Positions 49,901 through 58,853 of a stretch of DNA of 64,000 nucleotides are shown piece after piece (the first letter of the stretch is position 1; every line of letters starts with the position of its first letter). A program made the translations under genes and the position numbers. This stretch comes from Candidatus Latescibacterota bacterium (GTDB taxonomy: Bacteria > Latescibacterota > UBA2968 > GCA-2709665), in NCBI GenBank assembly GCA_965222075.1, contig OZ244937.1, positions 1,760,001-1,824,000 of the forward strand, given 5' to 3'. The notes below the pieces were generated by a model. It saw only the letters and a list, made by a program, of their open reading frames with translations, had not been told where the DNA came from and searched no databases.

Positions 49901-50061
49901 AACTCCAGGCCCGGCGCGCAACCGCTCCCGGCTTTGCCTTTCAAACCCCGCGGAGCAAGGCCTTCTGGCGGCTCACCGTCGTAGGCGCCGGCCCCCTGCT
50001 CATCCTCCTGTACGGTCTGCAGCGTTATGTGAGACATCGCAGAGAGACGAACCCCAATTGA
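46909..50061 (+). CDS. GldG-like ABC auxiliary protein with two tandem GldG modules
   Basis: Two TM-flanked halves sharing motifs (VWSSL/IWSGL, LLMDKS/VLMDRT, PFHLR/PFLIR); follows gldA/gldF-like genes. Confidence 0.75.
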   Translation: MTPRPDRRFLFKTALLFLLLLFVVVHAGRILTRLGGRETAFLSPRTEAFLSQLQAPLSATYFVSARGKMPSHLKGVEASVRGLLEALKARAPERVDVRIIDPETSGQSGIAYASRKKASPFSVRSIHRDEHSEQVVWSSLVLSYARHPDILIQGITPADLPYLEDLIVQNLKALDRPVRPTIAVSAPPPFRLLSDHLEEYGRVVRIDLDRIPRIPPEADILFWVQPARITPQHLGEFQRFVAAGRTAVLAGSAYTVDYEKGNAGEIRYRTYPLSPAWETLLSPLGLRPQPDLLMDKSSGPVLWQDARGTVHQIDAPFHLRCLPGFYTLKNFLAPARGALNFVAASPLQINPKRATGFQVETLGTTTGDAWVSALPHAPFTSAALALKVGKQNLMVLLKPEDAWRGQVLVLASSSPFRDGILNQPGYAHRVFLRTLMRTFTDPRRLVRGRIERPTPQAIPPLSALARFTWRVVVIFLIPFGLLALGIRRYVAGGGCRTALGGIGRIPVHIAAALAAICLGTLVWKGGIGIDLTRDAANTPLPQTRRLLSGRGGDLRAELVMSSRASLPASMKSLEAAVRARLRDLGIPSRTLRPETLSEADRASLNASGLRPFEVQTVRNDSVVSLQIWSGLRLYRRQEVAVIPRLDAHTLDHLEFLLAAAVRRIRTGRAPHVAAIAETPRLSPAEAYTDYDQKGLIPPKGADVYSEVKQLLRTYGYRVSYINPQAPHLPEGTDVLLYLQPRRDASRAIRLLSRHLTAGRSAIVALQHFNIQQRQYPGTGFQTVYWPQPQFQDLDRYLRLFGVEQVREVLMDRTRSHLNLETQINRRTVREYEGQEVALPFLIRTVNVNFTRESPITRHLGSQLFIWGNRFALDASRLAELDLSARVLIATSDQTWSYFWKGGWLPEEIFEPRNYLPGPQPLSVLLHGKFPPVKLQERAGRKTALALQTAAPVQPEGALLLIGCSEMFKNDYLYAPDFQHDQFLLNALANAAYGPEMAQLQARRATAPGFAFQTPRSKAFWRLTVVGAGPLLILLYGLQRYVRHRRETNPN

Positions 50062-50097
50062 ATTGCGGATTGAATCCCACCCGGAGGCGGGCAGGCC

Positions 50098-51855
50098 CTA
50101 ACGTATCGTCACTTCCGGCATCTGCAGCACCCCCTGCTCCGCTCCAGGTCCCATCTCTCGGACCAGACGGATAACCGGCTGCACCGCCTTCAGCACACGG
50201 GCCAGAAGCACCGCCGCCCGCGCCTCGCTGCTTCCCAACGCCGGCTCCAGGATCATCTCGATCACCGACCGCTTTTTGGGAAAGACCTTCAGCCTGACCG
50301 GCGCATCCTCGGCAATACCCATCGCCTCCCGGACCCGTTTCAGCGCCGTTGGAAATCCTCCCAGGTCGTCCACCAGCCCCAGGTCCCGCGCATCTTCACC
50401 CGTCCACACCCGCCCCCTGGCCACCTCCAGCACCTTTTGCTTAGACAGATCCCGTCCCTGCGCAACCTTGTCTGTAAAATCGTCGTACACCCGGTCCAGC
50501 CAGGCCTGCAACCGGGTCCACTGCGCCGGGGTGAAATCCTGGTTGCCGGTCCACATCGTGGCATTCTTCCCGGTATGGATCTCATCCCAGGAAAGACCAA
50601 TCTTCTCCCACAGTCCCGAGGTAAGCATCTTCCCCCCCAGCACCCCGATGGAGCCGGTCAGGGTCGCCGGCTGGGCCACAATCCTGTCTGCGGCCATCGC
50701 CACGAAGTACCCGCCCGAGCCCGCCACATCCCCCATGGAGACCACCACCGGTTTGCCCGCCTCCTTTGCGCGAACCGTCTCCCGCCAGATCGCGTCCGAA
50801 GCCACATAGGACCCACCCGGGCTGTCCACACGAAAGAGGATCGCCCTGACCTCTTCGTCCCGAACGGCGGTTCGGAAGGCCCTGGTCACAGTATCCGAGC
50901 CCATCGTCGTGTATTCGGACAGGGGATCGGTCTGGCTCTGGCCGCGCAGCACGGGACCCACCCCGTAGATCAGGGCAACCGTCTCCCCTTCCGTGTGGGG
51001 CCGGCCCGCCCGTTCCAGATAGGTCGACAGGTACAGGAACTCCGCCCCCTCTCCGGCCCGTTCCACCACCCTCTCGTACACCTCGTCCCGGTAGGCCAGG
51101 CCGTCCACCAGGCCCGCGTCCACGGCCTCCTGCCCCAGAAAGGGGCCCCGGTCCACAAGCGCCCGGACCTCCGCTTCGGACAGCCCCCGGACCCGGGCGA
51201 TCCCGCTTACGATCTGTCCGAACAGGGAGGTGATGATCTTCTCCATCGCCTCCCGCTGGGGCTCCGTGTAGGCCTGTTCGGTAAACTGGTTCATCGCGCC
51301 CTTGTACTCGTGGCGGTGGTCCAGCCGGGGAACGATCCCCAGCTTTTCAAGCGTTCCCTTCAAAAAGGGGCTCTCGGCGATCAGGCCGGTCAGCCCCACA
51401 TCGCCCGAAGGCTGCAGGTAGACCTGCTCAAATGCTGTGGCCAGGTAGTAGGCCCCGTTTCCCGGACCGAATTCGCCGAAGGTCTCGGCGTAGGCAACCG
51501 CAGGTTTTCCACTGCTCCGGAAGGCCAGTACAGCGTCCCGGATCTCCTGGATCTGCGCCAGCCCCATCCCCGTCGCCCCCACCCGGGCGATCAGGGCCTC
51601 TACCCTCGCGTCCTCTGATGCCCGTTCCAGGGCCTCCACCACATCACGCACGACCAGGACCTTTGGCCGGATGATCCTGGATAAGGGGTCATCCGGGACA
51701 TACTCCACCAGCGCCCGCTCAAAGTCCACCTCCAGAACCGTCCGGTTGGAAACGTGCCCCTTCCCCCGCAGCAGAACCCCCAGCAACACCCCCAATACCA
51801 GCAACACCGTCACCCCTCCGATCCCCGCGAGGATCTTGATCAGAATCCGTCTCAT
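50098..51855 (-). CDS. sppA: Signal peptide peptidase SppA (long type)
   Basis: YYLAT, YKGA, RVDSPGGS, VSMGDVAGSGGY, TGSIGV, GRVWTG. Confidence 0.93.
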   Translation of the reverse strand: MRRILIKILAGIGGVTVLLVLGVLLGVLLRGKGHVSNRTVLEVDFERALVEYVPDDPLSRIIRPKVLVVRDVVEALERASEDARVEALIARVGATGMGLAQIQEIRDAVLAFRSSGKPAVAYAETFGEFGPGNGAYYLATAFEQVYLQPSGDVGLTGLIAESPFLKGTLEKLGIVPRLDHRHEYKGAMNQFTEQAYTEPQREAMEKIITSLFGQIVSGIARVRGLSEAEVRALVDRGPFLGQEAVDAGLVDGLAYRDEVYERVVERAGEGAEFLYLSTYLERAGRPHTEGETVALIYGVGPVLRGQSQTDPLSEYTTMGSDTVTRAFRTAVRDEEVRAILFRVDSPGGSYVASDAIWRETVRAKEAGKPVVVSMGDVAGSGGYFVAMAADRIVAQPATLTGSIGVLGGKMLTSGLWEKIGLSWDEIHTGKNATMWTGNQDFTPAQWTRLQAWLDRVYDDFTDKVAQGRDLSKQKVLEVARGRVWTGEDARDLGLVDDLGGFPTALKRVREAMGIAEDAPVRLKVFPKKRSVIEMILEPALGSSEARAAVLLARVLKAVQPVIRLVREMGPGAEQGVLQMPEVTIR

Positions 51856-51931
51856 GAGCCACCTCCAACCGTTTATGATTCACCTCTACCCGGATCGTCC
51901 TTGTCCCCCGAATCCGTTAGCGCAAGTACTA

Positions 51932-52492
51932 TTACAACACCATTTCGACCAGCCCTGCACTCTTCTTATCCAGAGCATCCAGATCGGCCACCTCAAACCG
52001 ATTGCCGTCCACGTCCACAATCATCAGCCGGCGCTCCCCCAGCCACTGGACGTTCTCAGCCACGTCCTTCGCCACAAACTCCCGCCGGCCCCGGTCCGTT
52101 TCCACATCCCAGTAGGACACCCCGAACTCGGTCCGAACAGAAGTCACCTGCACCACCCGGGCGGTCAGGTACCGCTGCTCCAGCTCCTCACGAACCAGAG
52201 GTCGGAAATCCTTCCGGATATCCTGAATATCGTCCACCATGCAGATCACCTCGTCCTTTGCATCCAAGAAGCAGATGTACTTATCCGGTTGTGACAGGGG
52301 CGCCGCACGGACGACCTTGACCTTCAGGTACGAACGGTCCCCTTCAATCGTCATCCGAAGCCGCCAGGCCGGCTCTCGAAACAACCGGATCGCCTTCGGA
52401 TCGACCGCCCCGGGATGCGTCATCTCAATCGGCGTGGGCTTCCACTTCCCATCCACCCTGGAAGGTGAAGCCCCGTTTTTTTCTGTTTCCAT
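51932..52492 (-). CDS. DUF1854 domain protein
   Basis: VVRAAPLSQPDKYI, EELEQRY, WDVETDRG, DVDGNRF...LDKKS. Confidence 0.85.
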   Translation of the reverse strand: METEKNGASPSRVDGKWKPTPIEMTHPGAVDPKAIRLFREPAWRLRMTIEGDRSYLKVKVVRAAPLSQPDKYICFLDAKDEVICMVDDIQDIRKDFRPLVREELEQRYLTARVVQVTSVRTEFGVSYWDVETDRGRREFVAKDVAENVQWLGERRLMIVDVDGNRFEVADLDALDKKSAGLVEMVL

Positions 52493-52496
52493 AGCG

Positions 52497-54737
52497 TTAG
52501 CCTAACGGGTCGCCCTTTCCTCCTCCGACCTCCATAACCGCCGACGTCTCCTGCTGGGTCTTCACCAGCCGGTAGAAGATCCCCTGACGGTCCATCAACT
52601 CCTCGTGTGTCCCTACCTCGGCGACCTTTCCATCGTCGAGCACCACCAGCCGGTCCGCGCTTCGCAGGGTCGACAGCCGGTGTGCGATCGCAAAGGTCGT
52701 CCGCCCCTCCACCAGCCGGGAGATGGCCACCTGGATCTTCTTCTCCGTCTGCGTATCCAGCGAAGAGGTGGCCTCGTCCAGGATCAGGATCCTCGGATCG
52801 TGCAGAATCGCCCGGGCAATGGCGATGCGCTGCTTCTCTCCCCCCGACAGCTTGCCCCCCCGCTCACCCACCTTCGTGTCGTATCCGTCCGGCCTGGCCA
52901 CAATAAACTCGTGGGCCTCTGCCGCGGCCGCAGCCCGCACCACATCGCCAAACGTGGCGCCCGGCTTGCCGTAGGCGATATTCTCCGCAACCGTCCCGTC
53001 AAACAAAAACGGCTCCTGCTGCACCATACCGATCTGAGAGCGGAGGTCCTTCAAGCGGACCTTGCACATATCCACTCCGTCGATCTCAACGCAGCCCCGA
53101 TCCGGATCGTAAAACCGGCAGATCAGATTGATCAGGGTCGATTTTCCCGCGCCGGACTTACCCACCAGCCCGATCATCTCCCCAGGCGCCACCTCCAAGT
53201 CGATCCCCTTGAGCACCGGCTTGCCCGGATCGTATCCAAACACCGTCTCCTGAAACCTCACCCGCCCCTCAATCCGGGGCATCGGCGCTGCGTTTGGGTC
53301 CTCGAACGGCTCGGATTTCGAGTCAATCACTTCGAAGATCCGCTCGGCGCCGGCAAAGGCCCGGAGCATAAAATTGTAGAAGTCGCCGAACCACCTCAGC
53401 GGCCCGTAGAGCATCCAGAGGTAACCGATAAAGGCCATCAGCGCTCCCAGGGTCATCTCGTCCCGCAGGATCTGCCTGCCGCCGAAGTACCAGACGAAGA
53501 AGATCCCGCAGCTCATTAAAAAATTCGTCACCGTAAAAAAGACAAACCACTGCCGTTCGCCGGTCACGCTCACCCCCCTCAGCCCCTCGTTGTTCCGGTC
53601 GAACCGCTCCCCTTCCCGGGCCTCCTGCGAGAATGCCTTTACCACCCGGATGCCCGTAAGCGATTCGTTGAGCTGCGCGTTCAGCCGGGACCACTTGGCC
53701 CCCCAGCGGCTCCAGTGCCGCATCATCCGGTCCCAGATCCGGCCTCCGCCCACCACAATGGGCGGGATGGGGAGCAAAACCCAGAGCGTCAGCTGCCAGT
53801 TGGTCACCAGCAGGAATACGAGAATCCCGGCAAACATGAGCGCATTGGACAACACAAACGGAATATCGACGGTCATGTACTCTTCCAGCTGATCGGAATC
53901 GTTGGTCATCCGGGAAATCAGCGCCCCCACCTTCCGCTTGTCATAAAACCGGATCGGCAGGAACTGGAACTTCCGGTAGAGTTCGGCCCTGACGTCCTGG
54001 ATGGCCCGGTGCCCCAGCCACCGGCTCAGCCACCGGGTGCCAATGCCGGTCACCCAGATCAGAATCTGGATGCCCAGCAGCCCCAGCACCAGCCAGACCA
54101 ACAGCCCCAGGTTCGCCCGGGGAGTCAGCACATCGTCGATAATATACTGCGTCACCTTCGGCGGCAGCAGCCCCAGCACCGCACTGACCAGGGTGAACGC
54201 CACCATCAGCGCCGTCCGACGCTTGTAGACCGTCATATACCTCAAAATACGCCAAAACGTATCCCACTTCTTGATACAGAACGCACAGATCCCGTTCTTC
54301 TCCGGAAGCAACCGGCCGCATTTGGAGCAGCGGACCCGTTCGACCTCCGTTGGCAGCGACAGCGGCTCCCCCTGTGAAAGCTGTCGGATGCCCTCGGCCA
54401 CCTCCGCGAACTTGGGCGCCAGCGACCGCGAATACGGCACGTAGACCGGCGCCCCCCCTCTGCGCTCCAACTCCAGGCAGCCGGCCCCGACCAGATCCTC
54501 CAACTTCACCTCTTTCACCTCGTCAATCGGAACCTCTACCGTGCCGTCCGCGTCTTCTGAAGGGATCACCAGCAGCCGCCGATCCGTTACCACCACCCAC
54601 TGCTCCCCGAACGACCGGTTGTCGGCCAGATCGGTGGCCACCTGGATGAGCACTTCCTCCTCCAGGGGCTTGACCGCCCGCAGCTTCGTATCCACCTCCG
54701 GCGGAAGAGGCTCTTTAAAGGGATGCATCAGACGCAA
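52497..54737 (-). CDS. ABC exporter (fused TMD-NBD) with N-terminal extension and Zn-ribbon, DUF1854-associated
   Basis: CSKCGRLLPEKNGICAFC, GKSGAGKST, LSGGEKQR, ILDEATSS, IAHRLST. Confidence 0.92.
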   Translation of the reverse strand: MRLMHPFKEPLPPEVDTKLRAVKPLEEEVLIQVATDLADNRSFGEQWVVVTDRRLLVIPSEDADGTVEVPIDEVKEVKLEDLVGAGCLELERRGGAPVYVPYSRSLAPKFAEVAEGIRQLSQGEPLSLPTEVERVRCSKCGRLLPEKNGICAFCIKKWDTFWRILRYMTVYKRRTALMVAFTLVSAVLGLLPPKVTQYIIDDVLTPRANLGLLVWLVLGLLGIQILIWVTGIGTRWLSRWLGHRAIQDVRAELYRKFQFLPIRFYDKRKVGALISRMTNDSDQLEEYMTVDIPFVLSNALMFAGILVFLLVTNWQLTLWVLLPIPPIVVGGGRIWDRMMRHWSRWGAKWSRLNAQLNESLTGIRVVKAFSQEAREGERFDRNNEGLRGVSVTGERQWFVFFTVTNFLMSCGIFFVWYFGGRQILRDEMTLGALMAFIGYLWMLYGPLRWFGDFYNFMLRAFAGAERIFEVIDSKSEPFEDPNAAPMPRIEGRVRFQETVFGYDPGKPVLKGIDLEVAPGEMIGLVGKSGAGKSTLINLICRFYDPDRGCVEIDGVDMCKVRLKDLRSQIGMVQQEPFLFDGTVAENIAYGKPGATFGDVVRAAAAAEAHEFIVARPDGYDTKVGERGGKLSGGEKQRIAIARAILHDPRILILDEATSSLDTQTEKKIQVAISRLVEGRTTFAIAHRLSTLRSADRLVVLDDGKVAEVGTHEELMDRQGIFYRLVKTQQETSAVMEVGGGKGDPLG

Positions 54738-54814
54738 TCTCCGATCGGGACCTGACCCCCTTCCCCCTTTTCTGAGGGGAGCAAGCCCTTATCCCAAAGT
54801 ACGTTATAGGGGGG

Positions 54815-57088
54815 TTATTCCCTCACCCCAATAATCTCCGACACCTCCTGCTGCAGCTTCACCAGGTTGTAAAACGCCCCCTGCCGCTCCATCAGCTCTT
54901 CGTGCGTGCCCACCTCCACGATGCGCCCACCCTCCAGAACCACCAGGCGGTCTGCATTCCGAAGCGTCGACAATCGGTGCGCGATCGCAAACGTCGTCCG
55001 GCCCATCACCAGCTGACCAATTGCCTCCTGGATCTGCAACTCCGTCTGCACGTCTACGGAAGAGGTCGCCTCGTCTAAGATCAGGATCTTCGGATCGTGC
55101 AGGATCGCACGCGCAAGCGACACCCGCTGCTTCTCTCCGCCCGACAGATTGTTGCCACGCTCGCCCACCTGCGTGTCGTAGCCGTCCGGCCTGGCCACGA
55201 TAAAATCGTGCGCCCGCGCTGACATGGCCGCACCTACAATCTCTTCGAAATCCGCCCCGGGCTTCCCATACCCGATGTTCTCTGCAATCGTCCCGCTGAA
55301 CAGGAACGGCTCCTGAAGCACGATCCCGATCTGGGAGCGCAGGTCCTCCAGGCGGACCTTCCGGATATCCACCCCATCGATCTCGATGCCGCCCCGGTCC
55401 ACATCGTAGAACCGGCAGATCAGGTTCACCGTCGTCGTCTTGCCCACCCCCGATTTGCCCACCAGCCCGATCATCTCTCCCGGCGCCACCTCTAAGTCGA
55501 TTTCGTAGAGCACCGGCTTGCTCTTGTCGTATCCAAACGTCACCTCCCGGAATCTCACATGCCCTTTCATGTCGGACATCGACGCCGCGTCCGGGTCCTG
55601 GTAGGCCTCCGGCGGGGTGTCCAGCACTTCAAAGATCCGCTCGGCGCCGACAAAGGCCCGGATCATCCAGCTGTTGACCATCCCGAACCACTCCAGAGGG
55701 CCGTAGAGCAGCCACATATAGTTGTAGAACGCCAGCAGCGTGCCCAGCGTCAGCGTGCCCCCGATGACCTCCTGCCCGCCGAACATCCAGACGATCAACA
55801 CCCCCAGGCCGGTCAGAAAGCTCATCGTGGTAAAGAAGACCGCCCGGTTGACCTCCGACCGCACCGCCGCCCGGGTCAGGTTGGCGTTATGCGCCTCGAA
55901 CACTTCGACCTCCCGGTCCTCCTGCGCAAACGCCTTCACCACCCGGATGCCGGAAAGAACCTCGTTGACCCGGGCCATCCAGATCGACCAGGCCTGCATC
56001 CACTTGGTGAAAAAGAGCCGCATCCGCTTCCAGAATATGCGCCCCCAGGCCAGAATCAGCGGAATCGGCAGCAGCACGTAGAGCGTCAACTGCCAGCTCA
56101 TGACCAACAGCACCACCAGGATGCCCAGCAGCAGCAGTCCGTTGATCACCAGATAGGGCAGCCCATCCACCAGAAAATCCTGCAGGCGGTCGCTGTCCCG
56201 CGTCACCCGGGACATCACCGCGCCCACCTTCCGCTTGTCGTAGAACTGCAGCGAGAGCAGCTCCAGCCGCCTGTAGAGCTGGCTGCGGATATCGGTCGTT
56301 ACCCGCGCGCCCAGCCAGGTGATCGTCCAGCCGTGCAGCCACTCCGCCCCCCATGTCAGCAGCCGCACCCCCACCAGCACCAGCACCAGCAGCCCCAGCA
56401 GCCCCACCCGGTCCACGCCCTCCAAAGACACTCCCTCAGGTGGCACCAGCACCCCGTCCACAATCCGCCTGGTAATCAGCGGCGGTATCAGCTCGGCCAC
56501 CGTCGTCAGGATCGATGCGAACGCCAGCAGGGCCGTGCGTCCTTTGTAGGGACTCAGATATTTCGCAATCCGCCCCAGCACGGCCAGCTTCCGGATGCAG
56601 GCCGGGCAGATCCCGTCCTTCTCGGGCAGAAGCCGGCCGCATTTTTCACACCGCGTCCGTTCCAGCTTCGACCGGATCAGAAGAGGCTCGGCCTTCCGGA
56701 GCTGCTCGATCCCCCGGGCCACCTCGGAAAACTTCAGCGCCTGGGTGTGTGAGTAGGGCACGGTGACCGTGGGCCGGTCCTTCCGCTCGATCTCCAACCG
56801 CGCGCCCCCCACCAGCGGCTCGGTGCGGGCCAGGGTCACCTCCTCGATCGGGACCTCCACGACGCCCCTTCCATTCCCACCTGCCTGCGCGGCGCTGTCG
56901 CACCGCGCTGCAGGCAGGTCGGAAAAGACCAGAATACGCTTCCCCGTCACCACCACCCACTGCGTGCCGTAGTCTCCCCGGGCGTCTAAGTCCGAAGACA
57001 CCCGGATCAGCTCCTCCTCGTCTCCCGGAAGCATCGCTTCAAGCATCGCTTCAAGCCCGTTGGCCGCCGGTTCCAGCAATCGGTTCAC
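54815..57088 (-). CDS. ABC exporter paralog (fused TMD-NBD) with N-terminal extension and Zn-ribbon
   Basis: CEKCGRLLPEKDGICPAC, GKSGVGKTT, LSGGEKQR, ILDEATSS. Confidence 0.92.
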   Translation of the reverse strand: MNRLLEPAANGLEAMLEAMLPGDEEELIRVSSDLDARGDYGTQWVVVTGKRILVFSDLPAARCDSAAQAGGNGRGVVEVPIEEVTLARTEPLVGGARLEIERKDRPTVTVPYSHTQALKFSEVARGIEQLRKAEPLLIRSKLERTRCEKCGRLLPEKDGICPACIRKLAVLGRIAKYLSPYKGRTALLAFASILTTVAELIPPLITRRIVDGVLVPPEGVSLEGVDRVGLLGLLVLVLVGVRLLTWGAEWLHGWTITWLGARVTTDIRSQLYRRLELLSLQFYDKRKVGAVMSRVTRDSDRLQDFLVDGLPYLVINGLLLLGILVVLLVMSWQLTLYVLLPIPLILAWGRIFWKRMRLFFTKWMQAWSIWMARVNEVLSGIRVVKAFAQEDREVEVFEAHNANLTRAAVRSEVNRAVFFTTMSFLTGLGVLIVWMFGGQEVIGGTLTLGTLLAFYNYMWLLYGPLEWFGMVNSWMIRAFVGAERIFEVLDTPPEAYQDPDAASMSDMKGHVRFREVTFGYDKSKPVLYEIDLEVAPGEMIGLVGKSGVGKTTTVNLICRFYDVDRGGIEIDGVDIRKVRLEDLRSQIGIVLQEPFLFSGTIAENIGYGKPGADFEEIVGAAMSARAHDFIVARPDGYDTQVGERGNNLSGGEKQRVSLARAILHDPKILILDEATSSVDVQTELQIQEAIGQLVMGRTTFAIAHRLSTLRNADRLVVLEGGRIVEVGTHEELMERQGAFYNLVKLQQEVSEIIGVRE
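56880..56918. repeat. 39-bp palindromic element CCTGCCTGC...GCAGGCAGG, in-frame in the ABC exporter
   Basis: CCTGCCTGCGCGGCGCTGTCGCACCGCGCTGCAGGCAGG encodes LPAARCDSAAQA; absent from the adjacent paralog. Confidence 0.9.
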
Positions 57089-57252
57089 ACCAAAATCCTC
57101 CGTCCGTGTCTTTATCTATCGGACTTACGTCGTCCCCTTCGTGTTTCAGATTTCAGCAATGATCGCCCACAAAAAATCACGGCATCCCTCCGGCGCCGTG
57201 GAATGATAAGTCGTTAAAATACAACTCAGGGAGTGGGAAGAACCCCCATGCC

Positions 57253-58155
57253 TCAGGTCAGCTGCGCCCAGTCGCCCCCCACCTCGTCGAACCGCCTGCA
57301 GAACTCCGCCACCACCTCGTCTGCAATGGGCATCTCGTTCTCCAAGAGCCGGATATTGTCCACCAGGTGCTCGGGATTGGTCGTCCCCACCAGGGCGACG
57401 TCGATCTCGGAGCGGGCAAGCGTAAAGCCGAGCGCCGTAAGAATCCGATTCTCGGGTGCACCGGGAATCGGGCCGAGGGACATCACCTTCTCAACCCGCT
57501 CGTAAATCTTCGAAAACTGCACCGTCGTACCGGCTGTTTCCGTTGAGCCGCCCCAGGTCCCATTGGCGATGGTCCGCTTCACGATAACCCCCACATTCGC
57601 CTCGCGCGCATGCGGAAACAGCCTTGTGCGGGCGCGTTGATCCACCACATTGAAACTCGTCTGAAGCGTATCGAACAGACCGCTGTCAACCGCCCACCTG
57701 GCCGCCTCATTGTCGCCGCTGTACCCCACAAAGCGCGTCTTCCCCGCGTCCCGGGCTTCCAGCAACGCACCGATCACCTCGCCCCGCTCCAGCACGTCCA
57801 CATCGCATGAATGGATCTGCACCAGGTCTACGTAGTCCGTCCGAAGCCTTTGCAGGCTGCGGTCGATGTGTTCCCTGACCGTCTCGGCGGTCCAGGGCAC
57901 TTCCGCGGCCCAGTGCCCGCACTTGGTCGCCAGGACGCATTCGCTGCGGCGGTGCGAAACCGCCCGGCCGATCAGCTCCTCACTGTTGCGATAACTCGCC
58001 GCGGTATCCAAAAAGTTGATCCCGTTATCCAGCGCAGCATGGATCAGCGCGTCCACCCTGTCCACGTCGTCCAGTGAGAAGGCGCCGATCTGGGCCAGCC
58101 CAAGCCCCAGGCGGCTGACCTCAAGCCCTGTTTTTCCCAGAACCCTGCGTTCCAT
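57253..58155 (-). CDS. Aldo/keto reductase
   Basis: MERRVLGKTGLEVSRLGLG, GINFLDTAASY, LATKCG, SLQRLRTDYVDLVQIH. Confidence 0.92.
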   Translation of the reverse strand: MERRVLGKTGLEVSRLGLGLAQIGAFSLDDVDRVDALIHAALDNGINFLDTAASYRNSEELIGRAVSHRRSECVLATKCGHWAAEVPWTAETVREHIDRSLQRLRTDYVDLVQIHSCDVDVLERGEVIGALLEARDAGKTRFVGYSGDNEAARWAVDSGLFDTLQTSFNVVDQRARTRLFPHAREANVGVIVKRTIANGTWGGSTETAGTTVQFSKIYERVEKVMSLGPIPGAPENRILTALGFTLARSEIDVALVGTTNPEHLVDNIRLLENEMPIADEVVAEFCRRFDEVGGDWAQLT

Positions 58156-58193
58156 ATTGCCCTCCCTTTCATAAACCCTGTATTCCGCCTTTC

Positions 58194-58838
58194 CTACCTC
58201 ACCAGTTCCACCGTCCCCCACAGGCTGGGATCGTACGACACCGGCAACGGCTCGTCCGCGGTCCAGAACTGGCGGCCCAACTTCCGGTCCTTCAGCAGAT
58301 ACGTAAACCCCAGACGGTTGTTCTCCTCCGGGTCGAACCCCCGAAGCGCCTCCGCCGGCAGGTGGATTTCCATCCGGTACCCGGTCCGGGTCACCTTCGA
58401 CGCCACCCCGAGCCGGCGCGGATCGCACGGTTTCCCCTGCGCTCTCGCCCGCCGGATGCGCGCCTGTCCCCCCACCGGCTTCCGGCTCCCCCTTCCCGGC
58501 AGAAAATAGAAATGATGGCAATACCGGCTGGCCCGGTGGGCGTCCCGTACATCCCGCGTATCCACCCAGATCTCCAGCCCATCCCCTTTCAACGGCCGCT
58601 CCGTCTGCACATCCATCCCCGCCGCCTTCCGGACGTGGACTGCAAAATACAGCCCCGCGTCGTTCCAGGCCATATAAAAATCTGCAAACGGCTTCCCCCC
58701 CTCCACCTCCATCAGATCGGGCACCCGAAATCCCTCGTCCCAGTCTTTCAGGTCTCCATCCAGCACCGGAGCGTCTGCCCGGAAAGGGCACGCGAAGGCG
58801 AAGTTAAAAAAGGCGCGTTTTGGGATCGACAGTTTCAT
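58194..58838 (-). CDS. CBM9/DOMON-like domain protein
   Basis: PVLDGDLKDW, MAWNDAGLYFAV, DGLEIWVDT, YRMEIHLP, PSLWG. Confidence 0.75.
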   Translation of the reverse strand: MKLSIPKRAFFNFAFACPFRADAPVLDGDLKDWDEGFRVPDLMEVEGGKPFADFYMAWNDAGLYFAVHVRKAAGMDVQTERPLKGDGLEIWVDTRDVRDAHRASRYCHHFYFLPGRGSRKPVGGQARIRRARAQGKPCDPRRLGVASKVTRTGYRMEIHLPAEALRGFDPEENNRLGFTYLLKDRKLGRQFWTADEPLPVSYDPSLWGTVELVR

Positions 58839-58853
58839 AGGGCCGGCTCCTCG

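Noticed and set aside
45387-50061. Gliding motility locus
   Set aside because: GldAFG-like ABC systems are widespread in non-gliding bacteria, and no other gld/spr genes are present.
57029-57056. 12-bp tandem duplication (LEAMLEAML) at the ABC exporter N-terminus
   Set aside because: A simple in-frame slippage duplication with no evidence of function.
57253-58791. 512-aa extended aldo/keto reductase
   Set aside because: The extension overlaps the CBM9-like gene in another frame; the true start is MERRVLG at 58155 with an RBS.
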